A stretch of 17,977 nt of DNA from Spirochaetaceae bacterium (GTDB lineage Bacteria; Spirochaetota; Spirochaetia; Treponematales; Breznakiellaceae), in assembly GCA_031257255.1 (NCBI GenBank), contig JAIROZ010000119.1:1-17977 (forward strand), in the 5' to 3' direction. The notes below the pieces were generated by a model that did no database searches, was not told the DNA's origin, and was given only the letters and a program-made list of their open reading frames with translations. Positions 8,230-16,810 of the stretch are shown piece by piece. The stretch's first letter is position 1; each line of letters begins with the position of its first letter. The position numbers and the translations under genes were made by a program.

Positions 8230-9291
8230 CTATTCTACAATTCCGAGCAGCGCCGCCAAAAGCGCCATTCTGATATACATACCGAATTTTGCCTGCTTAA
8301 AGTATGCGGCGCGGGGGTCTGCGTCAACTTCGGTAGCAATTTCGTTTACACGCGGAAGCGGATGCAGCACTATCAATCCTTGCTTCGCCTTTTCTAGTTT
8401 TTCGCCTGTTAGGATATAGCGGTCTTTTAAGCGTATATAATCTTCCTCGTTAAAAAACCGCTCACGCTGAACACGGGTCATATAAAGTATGTCGAGTTCT
8501 TCTATTGCGCCTTCAAAATCCCGCGTTTCAAAAAACTGAACATTCTGCTTTCGCAAATGCCGCGTTATGTATTCTGGAATGTTCAACTCCTCCGGGGAAA
8601 TGAACACCATTTTAACGGAGTTCGCGCCGGCAGGCGCTCCGATGCCGGTCGTGTCGTTATATGCCGAGAGCGCTTTTGCCAATGAATGTACCGTGCGCCC
8701 AAACTTTAAGTCGCCGCAAAACCCTATGGCGCGTCCGCGCACGGTTCCGGCAAGCGGCTCATTTTTTGCTCCCAGCAGACGCTTTATTGTGTACAGGTCG
8801 GTGAGCGTCTGTGTTGGGTGGTGGTGCCCTCCGTCTCCGGCATTTATTACCGGCACATCCGCATAGCGGCTGGCGAGAAGCGCCGCGCCTTCTTTTGGGT
8901 TGCGCATAACTATCGCGTCCGCATAACTTGCAGCCATACGCACGGTGTCGGCAAGACTTTCGCCTTTGGATGCTGAACTGGAGAGCGGGTCGGCAAAACC
9001 CAAACATGCGCCGCCCAGCCTGAGCATCGCCGCTTCAAAAGAAAGGCGCGTCCGTGTGCTCGGCTCAAAAAAAAGCGCGGCAAGAAGTTTGCCGCGCCCA
9101 GCGCCCCGTAAATAGGATGAATCTTCCTCTATGCGCCATGCAAGGTCAAAGAGGGCATCCAATTCTTCAAGTGAAAAATCCCCCGGTTCTACAAGAGAGC
9201 GTCCTTTTAGCGCGTTCAAAATATTTTTCATAGTACTTGTTATTCTATCAGATTTTACAAATTTTTTAAGTAGACTGCGCATAGAAATCAA
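8230..9291 (-). CDS. pyrB: Aspartate carbamoyltransferase catalytic subunit. The true start is probably the internal Met at about 9231 ([13 protein letters not shown]).
   Basis: Signatures [13 protein letters not shown] and HPLPRVNEI are present. The gene lies immediately upstream of pyrI on the same strand. Confidence 0.9.
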   Translation of the reverse strand: MISMRSLLKKFVKSDRITSTMKNILNALKGRSLVEPGDFSLEELDALFDLAWRIEEDSSYLRGAGRGKLLAALFFEPSTRTRLSFEAAMLRLGGACLGFADPLSSSASKGESLADTVRMAASYADAIVMRNPKEGAALLASRYADVPVINAGDGGHHHPTQTLTDLYTIKRLLGAKNEPLAGTVRGRAIGFCGDLKFGRTVHSLAKALSAYNDTTGIGAPAGANSVKMVFISPEELNIPEYITRHLRKQNVQFFETRDFEGAIEELDILYMTRVQRERFFNEEDYIRLKDRYILTGEKLEKAKQGLIVLHPLPRVNEIATEVDADPRAAYFKQAKFGMYIRMALLAALLGIVE

Positions 9292-9333
9292 TTTTCATTA
9301 TTTTCTCCTAGGGCAACGCTGATTAACTAGATG

Positions 9334-10764
9334 CTAATCAGTCTTTCCAGAGGTAAGTTTAGAAAGGCGCGGCAATTCCGCCGCGCCAACGGCGCGGACA
9401 CTCAATTTTGTTACGGCATTTGCGCCGAATATTGTTTCCATATATTGCTTGTATGCGTCAAAATGGCCGCTATGGATGTAGGTTTGAATAGAACCGGCAA
9501 AACCGCCGCCATGAACACGGCATGCGATTTTTGGCGCGGTTGGCGCGGTAAACGCAAAACGCCGGGTTAGCGCAAGCGCCAGACATATACCTTGCGATTC
9601 GGGCGCGGCGGGCGGACAGCAATTTTGCAGCAATTCCCACGAGGAAATGCCGCTCTCGTTGACATAATCGAGAAACTTAGAAAAATGCCCGCACAGTTCT
9701 TTTTTGCCGGGGGCGGTATTCATCGAATTGAGCGCGGCGCACATTGCGTCTACGCGCTCATTTTCGGCAAAAAAATGCAGGGCGCGGAGTATGGCGCGGT
9801 CGCCGCAGGCTTCCCGCAGTTTGACGGCGCTGCCGGTGTCTATGGCGGCATAGAATTCGCCGCTTTCAACCTTGCTGAGGGCATCCTTGCCGAAGAATGC
9901 CGCAACGCGGCGCATTTCTTCCGGGACGGCGGCGTAGTCGCCTGTAAGTCCGGCATGACTGCCGCCTGTGTTCACCACGCAAAGCACATAACCGGCGCGT
10001 CCGGGGTCAAAGTCAATTTTCTGGACAATCGGCGCGAGGGCATCCGCAAAGTCTATCGCGACAGCGCCGCCGAATGCCGAAGCCGCCTGGTCCATAAGCC
10101 CCGAAGGTTTGCCGTAGTAGACATTTTCCGCTTTTTGGGCAATTTGCGCCAAACAGAGCGGCGAAAGAGGCTCGCGTTTTGGAGATTGCCGCGAAACATA
10201 GCCGTAAAGCCCGTCAAATATTTTTGCCGCCAGCACCTCAAGAGCCGCCGAAGACGAAAGCCCAGAACCGGCAAAAACCGTGTTGTCCGCCACGGCGCAA
10301 AAGCCGCCTACCGGTATGCCCTGTGCCGCGATACCCGCCGCCACGCCGCGAAGCAGCGCCTCCGGTTTGCCGCGCTCAGCGCTTTGCGGACTCAAATCAG
10401 AAATATCAATTATTATGTCCGGGAACCCCGTGGAATGGAATTCAACCTTGCCGCCGGAACATGGAAAGGCAAATGCAGCGGCATCCAACTGCACGGACGC
10501 GGCAAGCACCTTTCCGCCATTATGGTCGGTGTGGTTGCCGCCCAACTCCGTGCGCCCAGCCGCCGTAAAAAGCCGTACATCAACGGATGTGCCGCCATCC
10601 GCAGAGCCGTCGGCAAACCGCTCCGTCTTGTCAAGCAATTTCCGGCAGCGTGTACGCTGCGCCTCAACCTCGTCTCCATAGAGCGCCAAAAACAGCGCCT
10701 CTCCAGCCTCGCCGTCTATAAACCGCCGCCATTCCTGTATCTTCAACCTGTACCTCTCTCTCAT
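9334..10764 (-). CDS. galK: Galactokinase (GHMP kinase family)
   Basis: GRTELGGNHTDHNGGKVL corresponds to the galactokinase signature GRVNLIGEHTDYNxG. The GHMP ATP motif GSGLSSSAALEV is also present. Confidence 0.8.
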   Translation of the reverse strand: MRERYRLKIQEWRRFIDGEAGEALFLALYGDEVEAQRTRCRKLLDKTERFADGSADGGTSVDVRLFTAAGRTELGGNHTDHNGGKVLAASVQLDAAAFAFPCSGGKVEFHSTGFPDIIIDISDLSPQSAERGKPEALLRGVAAGIAAQGIPVGGFCAVADNTVFAGSGLSSSAALEVLAAKIFDGLYGYVSRQSPKREPLSPLCLAQIAQKAENVYYGKPSGLMDQAASAFGGAVAIDFADALAPIVQKIDFDPGRAGYVLCVVNTGGSHAGLTGDYAAVPEEMRRVAAFFGKDALSKVESGEFYAAIDTGSAVKLREACGDRAILRALHFFAENERVDAMCAALNSMNTAPGKKELCGHFSKFLDYVNESGISSWELLQNCCPPAAPESQGICLALALTRRFAFTAPTAPKIACRVHGGGFAGSIQTYIHSGHFDAYKQYMETIFGANAVTKLSVRAVGAAELPRLSKLTSGKTD

Positions 10765-10927
10765 TCTAACGGCAAAACGGGGTATTGTTGAGACTAGGGA
10801 AAGACTAAGGCATGCTGATATGTATCGTCTTATTGGGCTGCTTTATTATACTTTTTCTAAAAGTAAAATTGCTGCCGCCAATGACCCCGTTCTTTACACG
10901 ACACGAATTTTGGGGTAAATTGAAGAT

Positions 10928-11209
10928 ATGCCTACTTATGAATATCAGTGTAATAGTTGCGCCCATCAATTTGAGGCGTTTCAAAGTATGAAGGATGAGC
11001 CGCTTAAGACTTGTCCCAAATGCGGCGGCAAAATCCGGCGTCTAATAAATGGCGGCGGCGGCGTTATTTTTAAGGGCAGCGGATTTTACGCTACCGACAA
11101 AAAGAAGGAGAACGGCAAAAACGAAGGGGCGGCACCTTGCGCCGCATGTCCTGCCGCAAAGTCCGGCGAATGTCCTTCCGCCGCAAATGCCGAAAAAGCC
11201 TCCGCTTGA
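10928..11209 (+). CDS. FmdB-family zinc-ribbon protein (putative regulatory protein)
   Basis: The N-terminus MPTYEYQCNSCAHQFE...CPKCGG matches the FmdB/CxxC-x17-CPxCG family. It is followed by a Gly/Ala-rich tail with a further CxxC. Confidence 0.7.
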   Translation: MPTYEYQCNSCAHQFEAFQSMKDEPLKTCPKCGGKIRRLINGGGGVIFKGSGFYATDKKKENGKNEGAAPCAACPAAKSGECPSAANAEKASA

Positions 11210-11526
11210 AAAAGTCTCCCCGTTTTTTTTGCGATAATTGCGGTACCGAGGTGCCAAAGTTTGCCGAACGGTGCCCCAAATGCGGGCGGTATTTTGCGTC
11301 GATTCGCTGTCCAAAGTGCGGCTACCTTGGCGGTAATTCGGATTTTTCTAATGGATGTCCCCAATGCGGTTATTCATCATCCCCAAAAGCAAATGCCGCC
11401 GCTCATGTACAACGGACGGCGGGTCGCTCTCCTCATTCAAATGCGGGGGCGTCAATTCTTCTATTTATACTTACCGGGCTTTTTGTACTTGCCTGCTCGC
11501 TCTTACTGTATTTAATCACAAAATAA
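11206..11526 (+). CDS. Double zinc-ribbon membrane-anchored protein with four CxxC motifs and a C-terminal TM helix. The proposed start is a TTG that overlaps the FmdB TGA stop (TTGA).
   Basis: The motifs CDNC, CPKC, CPKC and CPQC are spaced as two zinc ribbons, and the C-terminal segment ILLFILTGLFVLACSLLLYLI is hydrophobic. The ORF track reports a 5'-longer form from 11137 that overlaps FmdB by about 70 nt; the TTG at 11206-11208 gives a non-overlapping, translationally coupled start. Confidence 0.5.
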   Translation: MKKSPRFFCDNCGTEVPKFAERCPKCGRYFASIRCPKCGYLGGNSDFSNGCPQCGYSSSPKANAAAHVQRTAGRSPHSNAGASILLFILTGLFVLACSLLLYLITK

Positions 11527-11650
11527 TGTTGTTTTCCTACCGGAAAAGCCATAAGTCTGACGGAGCGGCAGGCGGCGTATCCTTGCCGTTATTCAAAATT
11601 TGGAATAGCATTACAAGAAAGACAGCGCTAAAATCCAACCGGGTTTTAGG

Positions 11651-13996
11651 ATGACCGTCAGCATAGGGGATAATAGATTTGATATGCCGGTAGAACAGTA
11701 CACCGAATCCATAGTCTTGCGGGAAATGAAATGCGTGCCGGGCGAAAATGACTTTGGCTTTTGTTTTCCGCAGGGGGATGTCCCGCAGATAGATAAAGGC
11801 GAAGACGGCGCGGCGGTTAATGGCAAAGCGAAGCCGGAGTATTTAATTACATTTAATAAAAAGCCCGCCGTAATTATAGTTGTTGAATGTAAAAGAACGG
11901 CGGCGAAACATATTTCCGAAAAATTGGATAGACCCAAAGATTACGCGGTTGACGGCGTTTTGTATTACGCGAAGTTTTTAAAAGATGACTATAATGTTAT
12001 CGCTCTTGCGGTGTCCGGCACAAAAAAGGACAGTATAAGAGCCAACGCATATTATTGGCAGAAGGGGCGCGAAGAATACACAGAAATAAAAAAAGCCCGC
12101 GATATTATCTACGAGCCGGAAAATTATCTGCGGCTTGTGTCGGGCGAGGCGGTAAAAAAAGCGGTGTCAATTCAAGAGATACAGGAACTCGCGCTTGAAA
12201 TGCACGAATCGCTTCGCGGACTGTCGGTAACGGAACGGGCAAAGCCTGTATTCATTGCTGGAATTTTGATTGCCTTAAAAGATGAAGATTTTGTAAAGGA
12301 ATATCCTAATCTTGTTTCGTTTAATTCACTGCTTAACCGTCTGCAATACGCCATAAGTAATGTTCTTGAAAACAGCGATGTTCGTAAAGATAAAATAAAA
12401 GATATTAAAAGCCAATTTGACCGCATTGGTAGAATAGAAAAACTAAAGAATATACCTCTAGGTCATTACAATTCTCTTTTGTGGTATATTGAAAAACTCG
12501 AAAAAAAGATTAAACCGATGATGGATTTTGCTGATAACACCATTGACGCATTGGGTATTTTCTATCACGAATTTGTAAAATATTCAGGCGGAGACGGGAG
12601 CGGACTTGGAATTGTTTTAACTCCGCAGCATTTAACGGAATTCATGTGTGATTTAGCGGAAGTCAACAAGAATAGCAAGATTGTAGATATATGCTGCGGT
12701 TCAGGAACATTCCTTGTTACCGCGATGAGCAAAATGTTCAAGGGCGCAAACGATAAAGACATTGCGCGTATACGCAATGAATCGCTTTTTGGCATTGAAA
12801 GTAATGATGAAATATATACGCTTGCTGTGGCAAACATGATTGTGCGTGGAGATGGAAAATCAAATATTATTTTTGGCGATTGTTTTAAGCAAAACATTAT
12901 TGATGAATTAAAACAAAAAAACATTAACATAGGCTTAATAAATCCGCCGTATTCTCAAGATATAACCGAACTTGAATTTGTCGAGAATATGCTTGACATT
13001 TTAACTACCGGCGGAACCGGCGTTGTGGTTGTGCCTATGTCCTGCGCTATTGGTACTAAATCAAAAGAAACGCGCTTACGGCTTTTTAAGAAACATACAT
13101 TAAAAGCGGTTTTTTCTATGCCGGATGATATTTTTTATTCAAAAAATGTAAATACAAGTGTTTGCGTAATGGTATGGGAAGCGCATAAACCGCATGACTC
13201 GGCAAAAACAACATTTTTCGGCTACTACAAAGACGATGGTTTTGTTAAGGCAAAAAAACTGGGGCGTATTGACAAGTTCAATAAATGGAAAAGCATCGAA
13301 GATGAATGGCTTAGGCTCTACCGTGAGCGGGAAACCAAAGAAGGAATAAGCGTGAAAAAGTCTGTTGATTGGAACGATGAATGGCTTTGCGAGGCGTATA
13401 TGGAAACGGATTATTCTGTCTTAGCGCAGGAGGATTTTGAATTAACCGTTAGAAAAAATCTTGCTTATCTTATTTTTTCAGGCAAGGCAAATTTAGATAA
13501 TAATAAATTCAAAAATACAAAAAGACAATTTTATGATGTCATGGAATGGGGCGTTTTTAATTTGACAGAATTATTTTCGATTGAACGCGGCGTCCGGCTT
13601 ACAAAAGAAAACCGCATACAAGGTGATATTCCGCTTGCTACAGCCGGTGAAACAAATGAAGGCATATCATCGTATATTTCAAACGATGATATGCAAATTT
13701 ACGCCAATGTATTAACAATAGATATGTTTTGTAATTGTTTTTACCGTGATTATGATTTTGCCTGCGATGATAATATACTGGTTTTATTTCCCAAATTTGA
13801 ATATAACAAGTATGTTTTGCTTTTTATGGCAGCAATTATTGGGGCAGATAAATACCGTTATGCTTACGGCAGACAATACCGGCAAAAGAATTTTCGTGAA
13901 CATAAAATAAAACTCCCTGTAGGTAAAAACAAAATTCCTGACTGGCAATTTATGGAAAATTATATAAAATCATTGCCGTATAGCGAAAAAATATAG
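11651..13996 (+). CDS. Single-polypeptide Type IIG-like restriction-modification enzyme: an N-terminal PD-(D/E)xK nuclease-like domain, an HsdM_N-like helical domain, a gamma-class N6-adenine DNA methyltransferase, and a C-terminal HsdS-like target-recognition domain
   Basis: The AdoMet motif I is VDICCGSGTFLV. The motif IV NPPY is diagnostic of N6A/N4C amino-methyltransferases. GIVLTPQHLTEFMCDL resembles the HsdM FxGxxYTP region. HESLRGLSVTERAKPVFIAGILIALKD follows the HsdM_N pattern. The N-terminus has D...(about 25 aa)...ECK (IIVVECKR), consistent with a PD-ExK catalytic core. The last 220 aa or so resemble a half-HsdS TRD. The gene has markedly lower GC than its neighbours. Confidence 0.65.
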   Translation: MTVSIGDNRFDMPVEQYTESIVLREMKCVPGENDFGFCFPQGDVPQIDKGEDGAAVNGKAKPEYLITFNKKPAVIIVVECKRTAAKHISEKLDRPKDYAVDGVLYYAKFLKDDYNVIALAVSGTKKDSIRANAYYWQKGREEYTEIKKARDIIYEPENYLRLVSGEAVKKAVSIQEIQELALEMHESLRGLSVTERAKPVFIAGILIALKDEDFVKEYPNLVSFNSLLNRLQYAISNVLENSDVRKDKIKDIKSQFDRIGRIEKLKNIPLGHYNSLLWYIEKLEKKIKPMMDFADNTIDALGIFYHEFVKYSGGDGSGLGIVLTPQHLTEFMCDLAEVNKNSKIVDICCGSGTFLVTAMSKMFKGANDKDIARIRNESLFGIESNDEIYTLAVANMIVRGDGKSNIIFGDCFKQNIIDELKQKNINIGLINPPYSQDITELEFVENMLDILTTGGTGVVVVPMSCAIGTKSKETRLRLFKKHTLKAVFSMPDDIFYSKNVNTSVCVMVWEAHKPHDSAKTTFFGYYKDDGFVKAKKLGRIDKFNKWKSIEDEWLRLYRERETKEGISVKKSVDWNDEWLCEAYMETDYSVLAQEDFELTVRKNLAYLIFSGKANLDNNKFKNTKRQFYDVMEWGVFNLTELFSIERGVRLTKENRIQGDIPLATAGETNEGISSYISNDDMQIYANVLTIDMFCNCFYRDYDFACDDNILVLFPKFEYNKYVLLFMAAIIGADKYRYAYGRQYRQKNFREHKIKLPVGKNKIPDWQFMENYIKSLPYSEKI

Positions 13997-14005
13997 AGGC
14001 GTAAA

Positions 14006-14824
14006 ATGAATGGCGGACTTACTACCGTGTTGTTTTTGGACTCCGGGGCGGGGGGGCTTCCTTACCGCGCCGCATTCGCCGCCCGTAATCCGTCCGTCAA
14101 AACGGTGTACATAGCGGATAACGCGAACTTTCCGTACGGACCCAAATCGAAAGACTGTTTGAACGCGCTGCTTTCCGCGCTTGCGGCATCGTTAGTCCGG
14201 CGTTTTGCGCCGGATATTATCGTTCTGGCGTGCAATACCGCTTCGGTAACGGCGCTTGACGCTCTCCGCGCCCGCTTCCCGAACCTTCCGTTTGTAGGCA
14301 CAGTGCCGGCGGTAAAACCAGCCGTCTTCCATAGCAGGACGGGCATAGCCGGCGTACTCGGCACGGAACGCACCACCGCCGACCCGTATCTGGACAAACT
14401 CCTTGCCGGGGCAAACGCGGAAGCGGGCAAAAACTGTACTATGCTGCACAGAGCAGCGCCGGAACTTGTCGAATTTGCCGAAAATGAATTTTGGGATGCC
14501 GGAGAGTCGGCAAAAAATGCCGCCGTCCAAAAGTACATAGACTACTTCCGCGAAAGAGGCGCGGACGCGCTCGTTCTGGGCTGCACTCATTTCTTGCTGC
14601 TGCTCGATAATTTTGCCGCCTGCTCCGGGGGGATGGCTGTCTTCCATTCGATAGACGGAGTTTGCCGTCAGATAGAGAGAACGCTGGGTCTGACAGCCGT
14701 TGCGCCGTCCGGCGCGGCGGCTGGCGCGGCAGAGGCGGATTTGTACATTACCGGTGGGATGGACGGCGCAAAGTGGGCGAAGGCAGCCCGCTATTTCAAT
14801 TTGAGGGCGCGGGCGCTCGTATGA
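14006..14824 (+). CDS. murI: Glutamate racemase
   Basis: Signatures FLDSGAGGL and ACNTAS are present (catalytic Cys), followed by the second catalytic Cys region (GCTHF). It starts 9 nt after the R-M gene stop, and a GAGG SD lies within that gene's 3' end. Confidence 0.85.
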   Translation: MNGGLTTVLFLDSGAGGLPYRAAFAARNPSVKTVYIADNANFPYGPKSKDCLNALLSALAASLVRRFAPDIIVLACNTASVTALDALRARFPNLPFVGTVPAVKPAVFHSRTGIAGVLGTERTTADPYLDKLLAGANAEAGKNCTMLHRAAPELVEFAENEFWDAGESAKNAAVQKYIDYFRERGADALVLGCTHFLLLLDNFAACSGGMAVFHSIDGVCRQIERTLGLTAVAPSGAAAGAAEADLYITGGMDGAKWAKAARYFNLRARALV

Positions 14825-15204
14825 AGTTTACGCTTGACACCGGCAGCGGCGTACCCGTTTACCGGCAACTGATTCAGCAGATAGAGAACGCGGCGGCATC
14901 GGGGCGCATGAAGGCGGGCGACAAACTGCCGACCATAAGGGCGCTCTCTGTGGAACTCAAAGTGAATCCGAACACTATATCAAAGGCGTACAATGAACTC
15001 GAAATTCGGGGTATACTGACAACTCAGGTTGGAAGCGGGACATTTATTTCCGCTCAAAGACCGGAAGTCCACGATGACTGGAAGGAAAAAAAGATACAGG
15101 AAGCCGTTTTTCGTTTTTTACGGGAGATGGACGAACTCGGAGTTGACACGGACGCGGCAGTGCTCGCTTTGCGGAATGCCGCCGTCCCAAATACTTCGCA
15201 ATAA
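14821..15204 (+). CDS. Small GntR-family (YhcF-like) transcriptional regulator
   Basis: VPVYRQLIQQIENAAASGRMKAGDKLPTIRALSVELKVNPNTISKAYNELEIRGIL.T..G.GTF is a canonical GntR winged-HTH. The ATG at 14821 overlaps the murI TGA stop (ATGA). The ORF track's longer form (from 14662) lies inside murI and is rejected. Confidence 0.7.
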   Translation: MKFTLDTGSGVPVYRQLIQQIENAAASGRMKAGDKLPTIRALSVELKVNPNTISKAYNELEIRGILTTQVGSGTFISAQRPEVHDDWKEKKIQEAVFRFLREMDELGVDTDAAVLALRNAAVPNTSQ

Positions 15205-15224
15205 CCCTTATGGAAGGAGGCAAA

Positions 15225-16214
15225 ATGAATACGGCAAGAACTTGCGGCAGGAATGGCGCTAAGGCTCGGCAGCGCAATTTACACGGCGGAATTACAAGCG
15301 GCGGGGAACTGGTAAAACACCGCCCTCATAAAAAGCGCCGCGATGACTGGGGCTTTAGCGCTCCGGGCTGGACGCTCATACTCACGGCGGCAATAGGGGA
15401 AACTGCCGCCGTCATTTTTCCGGCACTGACGGCGGCGCTAACAGCGCCATGCGTTATCCTTGCCGCCGCCGGTGTGCTTGTCTCGTTTGTCCGCAAGGCG
15501 CAGGAATGGGAACGCGCCGTTGTGCTAAGGTTTGGCAAATTCCACAAGGTAAAGGGACCGGGGCTCTTTATCAGGATTCCATTTGTTGACAAGATTGCCG
15601 AAAAAATCGACATCCGTATCCGTGTAACGGACTTTTCCGCGCAGGAAACCCTTACCATGGACTCGGTTACGGTTACTGTGGATGCCGTTTGCTTCTGGCA
15701 TATATGGGACCCGGAGAAGGCGCTTCTGGAAGTGGAAAATTACGAGGACGCGGTCGTGCTCTCTTCCAAAACGGCGCTGCGCAATGCCGTTTCCAGCCAC
15801 GACCTTTCGACCTTCCTTGAACACGGCGAGGTAATAGAAAAACAGATTCAGCATGATGTTGACAGGAAGACCGCCGACTGGGGCATAACGATACACCATA
15901 TTGAAATTACCGATGTGCAGATACCGGCGGAATTGCAGGACAGCCTTTCGCGGACGGCGCAGGCGGAACGCGAAAAGAAGGGGCGCGTCCTCCTTGCCAA
16001 TGCGGAAATTGAGATTGCCAAATTGCTGAAGGAAGCGGTCGAAGTGTATGCGCACAGCGAAAGCGCCCTCCGCCTCAAGATTCTCTCAATTCTGAATGAA
16101 GGCTTGAAGGCTGGTAATTCGATGATGTTAGTCCCTGCCGCGATAACTGAGGCGCTTGCCGCCAACCTGACGGATGCGCCCGCAAACACTGATAAATATC
16201 ATAATTTAATTTGA
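15225..16214 (+). CDS. SPFH/band-7 (stomatin/prohibitin-like) membrane protein
   Basis: A GGAGG SD lies at 15214-15218 with the ATG at 15225. There is an N-terminal TM segment, and the SPFH core is EWERAVVLRFGKFHKVKGPGLFIRIPFVDKI...VD.R...DF..QE.LT.D...V.VDAV..W.I.DP. Confidence 0.7.
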   Translation: MNTARTCGRNGAKARQRNLHGGITSGGELVKHRPHKKRRDDWGFSAPGWTLILTAAIGETAAVIFPALTAALTAPCVILAAAGVLVSFVRKAQEWERAVVLRFGKFHKVKGPGLFIRIPFVDKIAEKIDIRIRVTDFSAQETLTMDSVTVTVDAVCFWHIWDPEKALLEVENYEDAVVLSSKTALRNAVSSHDLSTFLEHGEVIEKQIQHDVDRKTADWGITIHHIEITDVQIPAELQDSLSRTAQAEREKKGRVLLANAEIEIAKLLKEAVEVYAHSESALRLKILSILNEGLKAGNSMMLVPAAITEALAANLTDAPANTDKYHNLI

Positions 16215-16293
16215 TTTTTTTAGATTGATTAGTCTTTTCTATTAGAATTCATATAGGCAGTTTGCCTAAAACAATTTTCTTAGGAGGGCTTTT

Positions 16294-16701
16294 ATGATGA
16301 AGTCTAAAATTAATGGTTGTTTCCGCGTATCTACGGGAACAAAAAAAATGGCGCGTATTTTCGCGCTTGCGGCGGTTATCGCTTTGGTATTTGCGGCGTG
16401 CGACCTGTTTAAGGAGGAAGAGGAACCAAAATACAACGGTGTTTTCCTTAAAAACGGAACGCAGGACGAGTACGAGTATTCTGTTGAATTCTACACAGGC
16501 GCATCTTGGAAAGAAATGAAGAAAGAAAAGATTGCGGTAGGAGAAACAAAATTTTATGACAAAGGCGGATATGATGATAGACACAGAATATTATTTAGTA
16601 AAGACGAGAAAGTAATTGACAAAGAAATTTACATAGAAAAAGAACCGGTAAAAAAGAAAATAATTTATGTTTGTAACGGTACCGAGATAAAACTGGAATA
16701 A
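16294..16701 (+). CDS. Small AT-rich lipoprotein of unknown function. An alternative start is the internal Met at 16348.
   Basis: A GGAGGG SD lies 6 nt before the ATG at 16294. The signal peptide and lipobox are MARIFALAAVIALVFAAC. The mature part is Lys/Glu-rich and has no recognisable family. GC is markedly lower than the window average. Confidence 0.55.
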   Translation: MMKSKINGCFRVSTGTKKMARIFALAAVIALVFAACDLFKEEEEPKYNGVFLKNGTQDEYEYSVEFYTGASWKEMKKEKIAVGETKFYDKGGYDDRHRILFSKDEKVIDKEIYIEKEPVKKKIIYVCNGTEIKLE

Positions 16702-16729
16702 CCAAAAGCAAGAATTATCCGTGGATGCA

Positions 16730-16762
16730 GGGGGTATTGAATTTCAATACCCCCTTTTTTTT
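16730..16762 (+). terminator. Rho-independent terminator: GGGGGTATTGA-att-TCAATACCCCC followed by T8
   Basis: A perfect GC-clamped inverted repeat of about 10-11 bp at 16730-16754 is followed by TTTTTTTT at 16755-16762, 29 nt after the lipoprotein gene stop. Confidence 0.85.
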
Positions 16763-16810
16763 ATGCGCCGCAAAATAGACGGGCGTAACATTTCCAAAAC
16801 ACAAGATGCT

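Noticed and set aside
9592-10791. A 399-aa ORF on the + strand
   Set aside because: It lies entirely antisense to the well-supported galK gene. Its product is Arg/Ala-rich low-complexity sequence typical of a GC-rich antisense frame, and it has no SD or recognisable motif.
11527-11650. A sigma70 promoter for the R-M gene (TAAAAT at about 11618 with candidate -35 hexamers TTACAA or TTGGAA)
   Set aside because: The spacer lengths are 12 and 23 nt, neither compatible with a functional -35/-10 pair. A promoter probably exists here, but I cannot place it confidently from the sequence alone.
14662-14820. A 5' extension of the GntR ORF into murI (the ORF-track start at 14662)
   Set aside because: The extension lies inside murI in another frame and encodes Arg/Gly-rich nonsense. 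The GntR fold begins at the Met at 14821, which forms an ATGA overlap with the murI stop.
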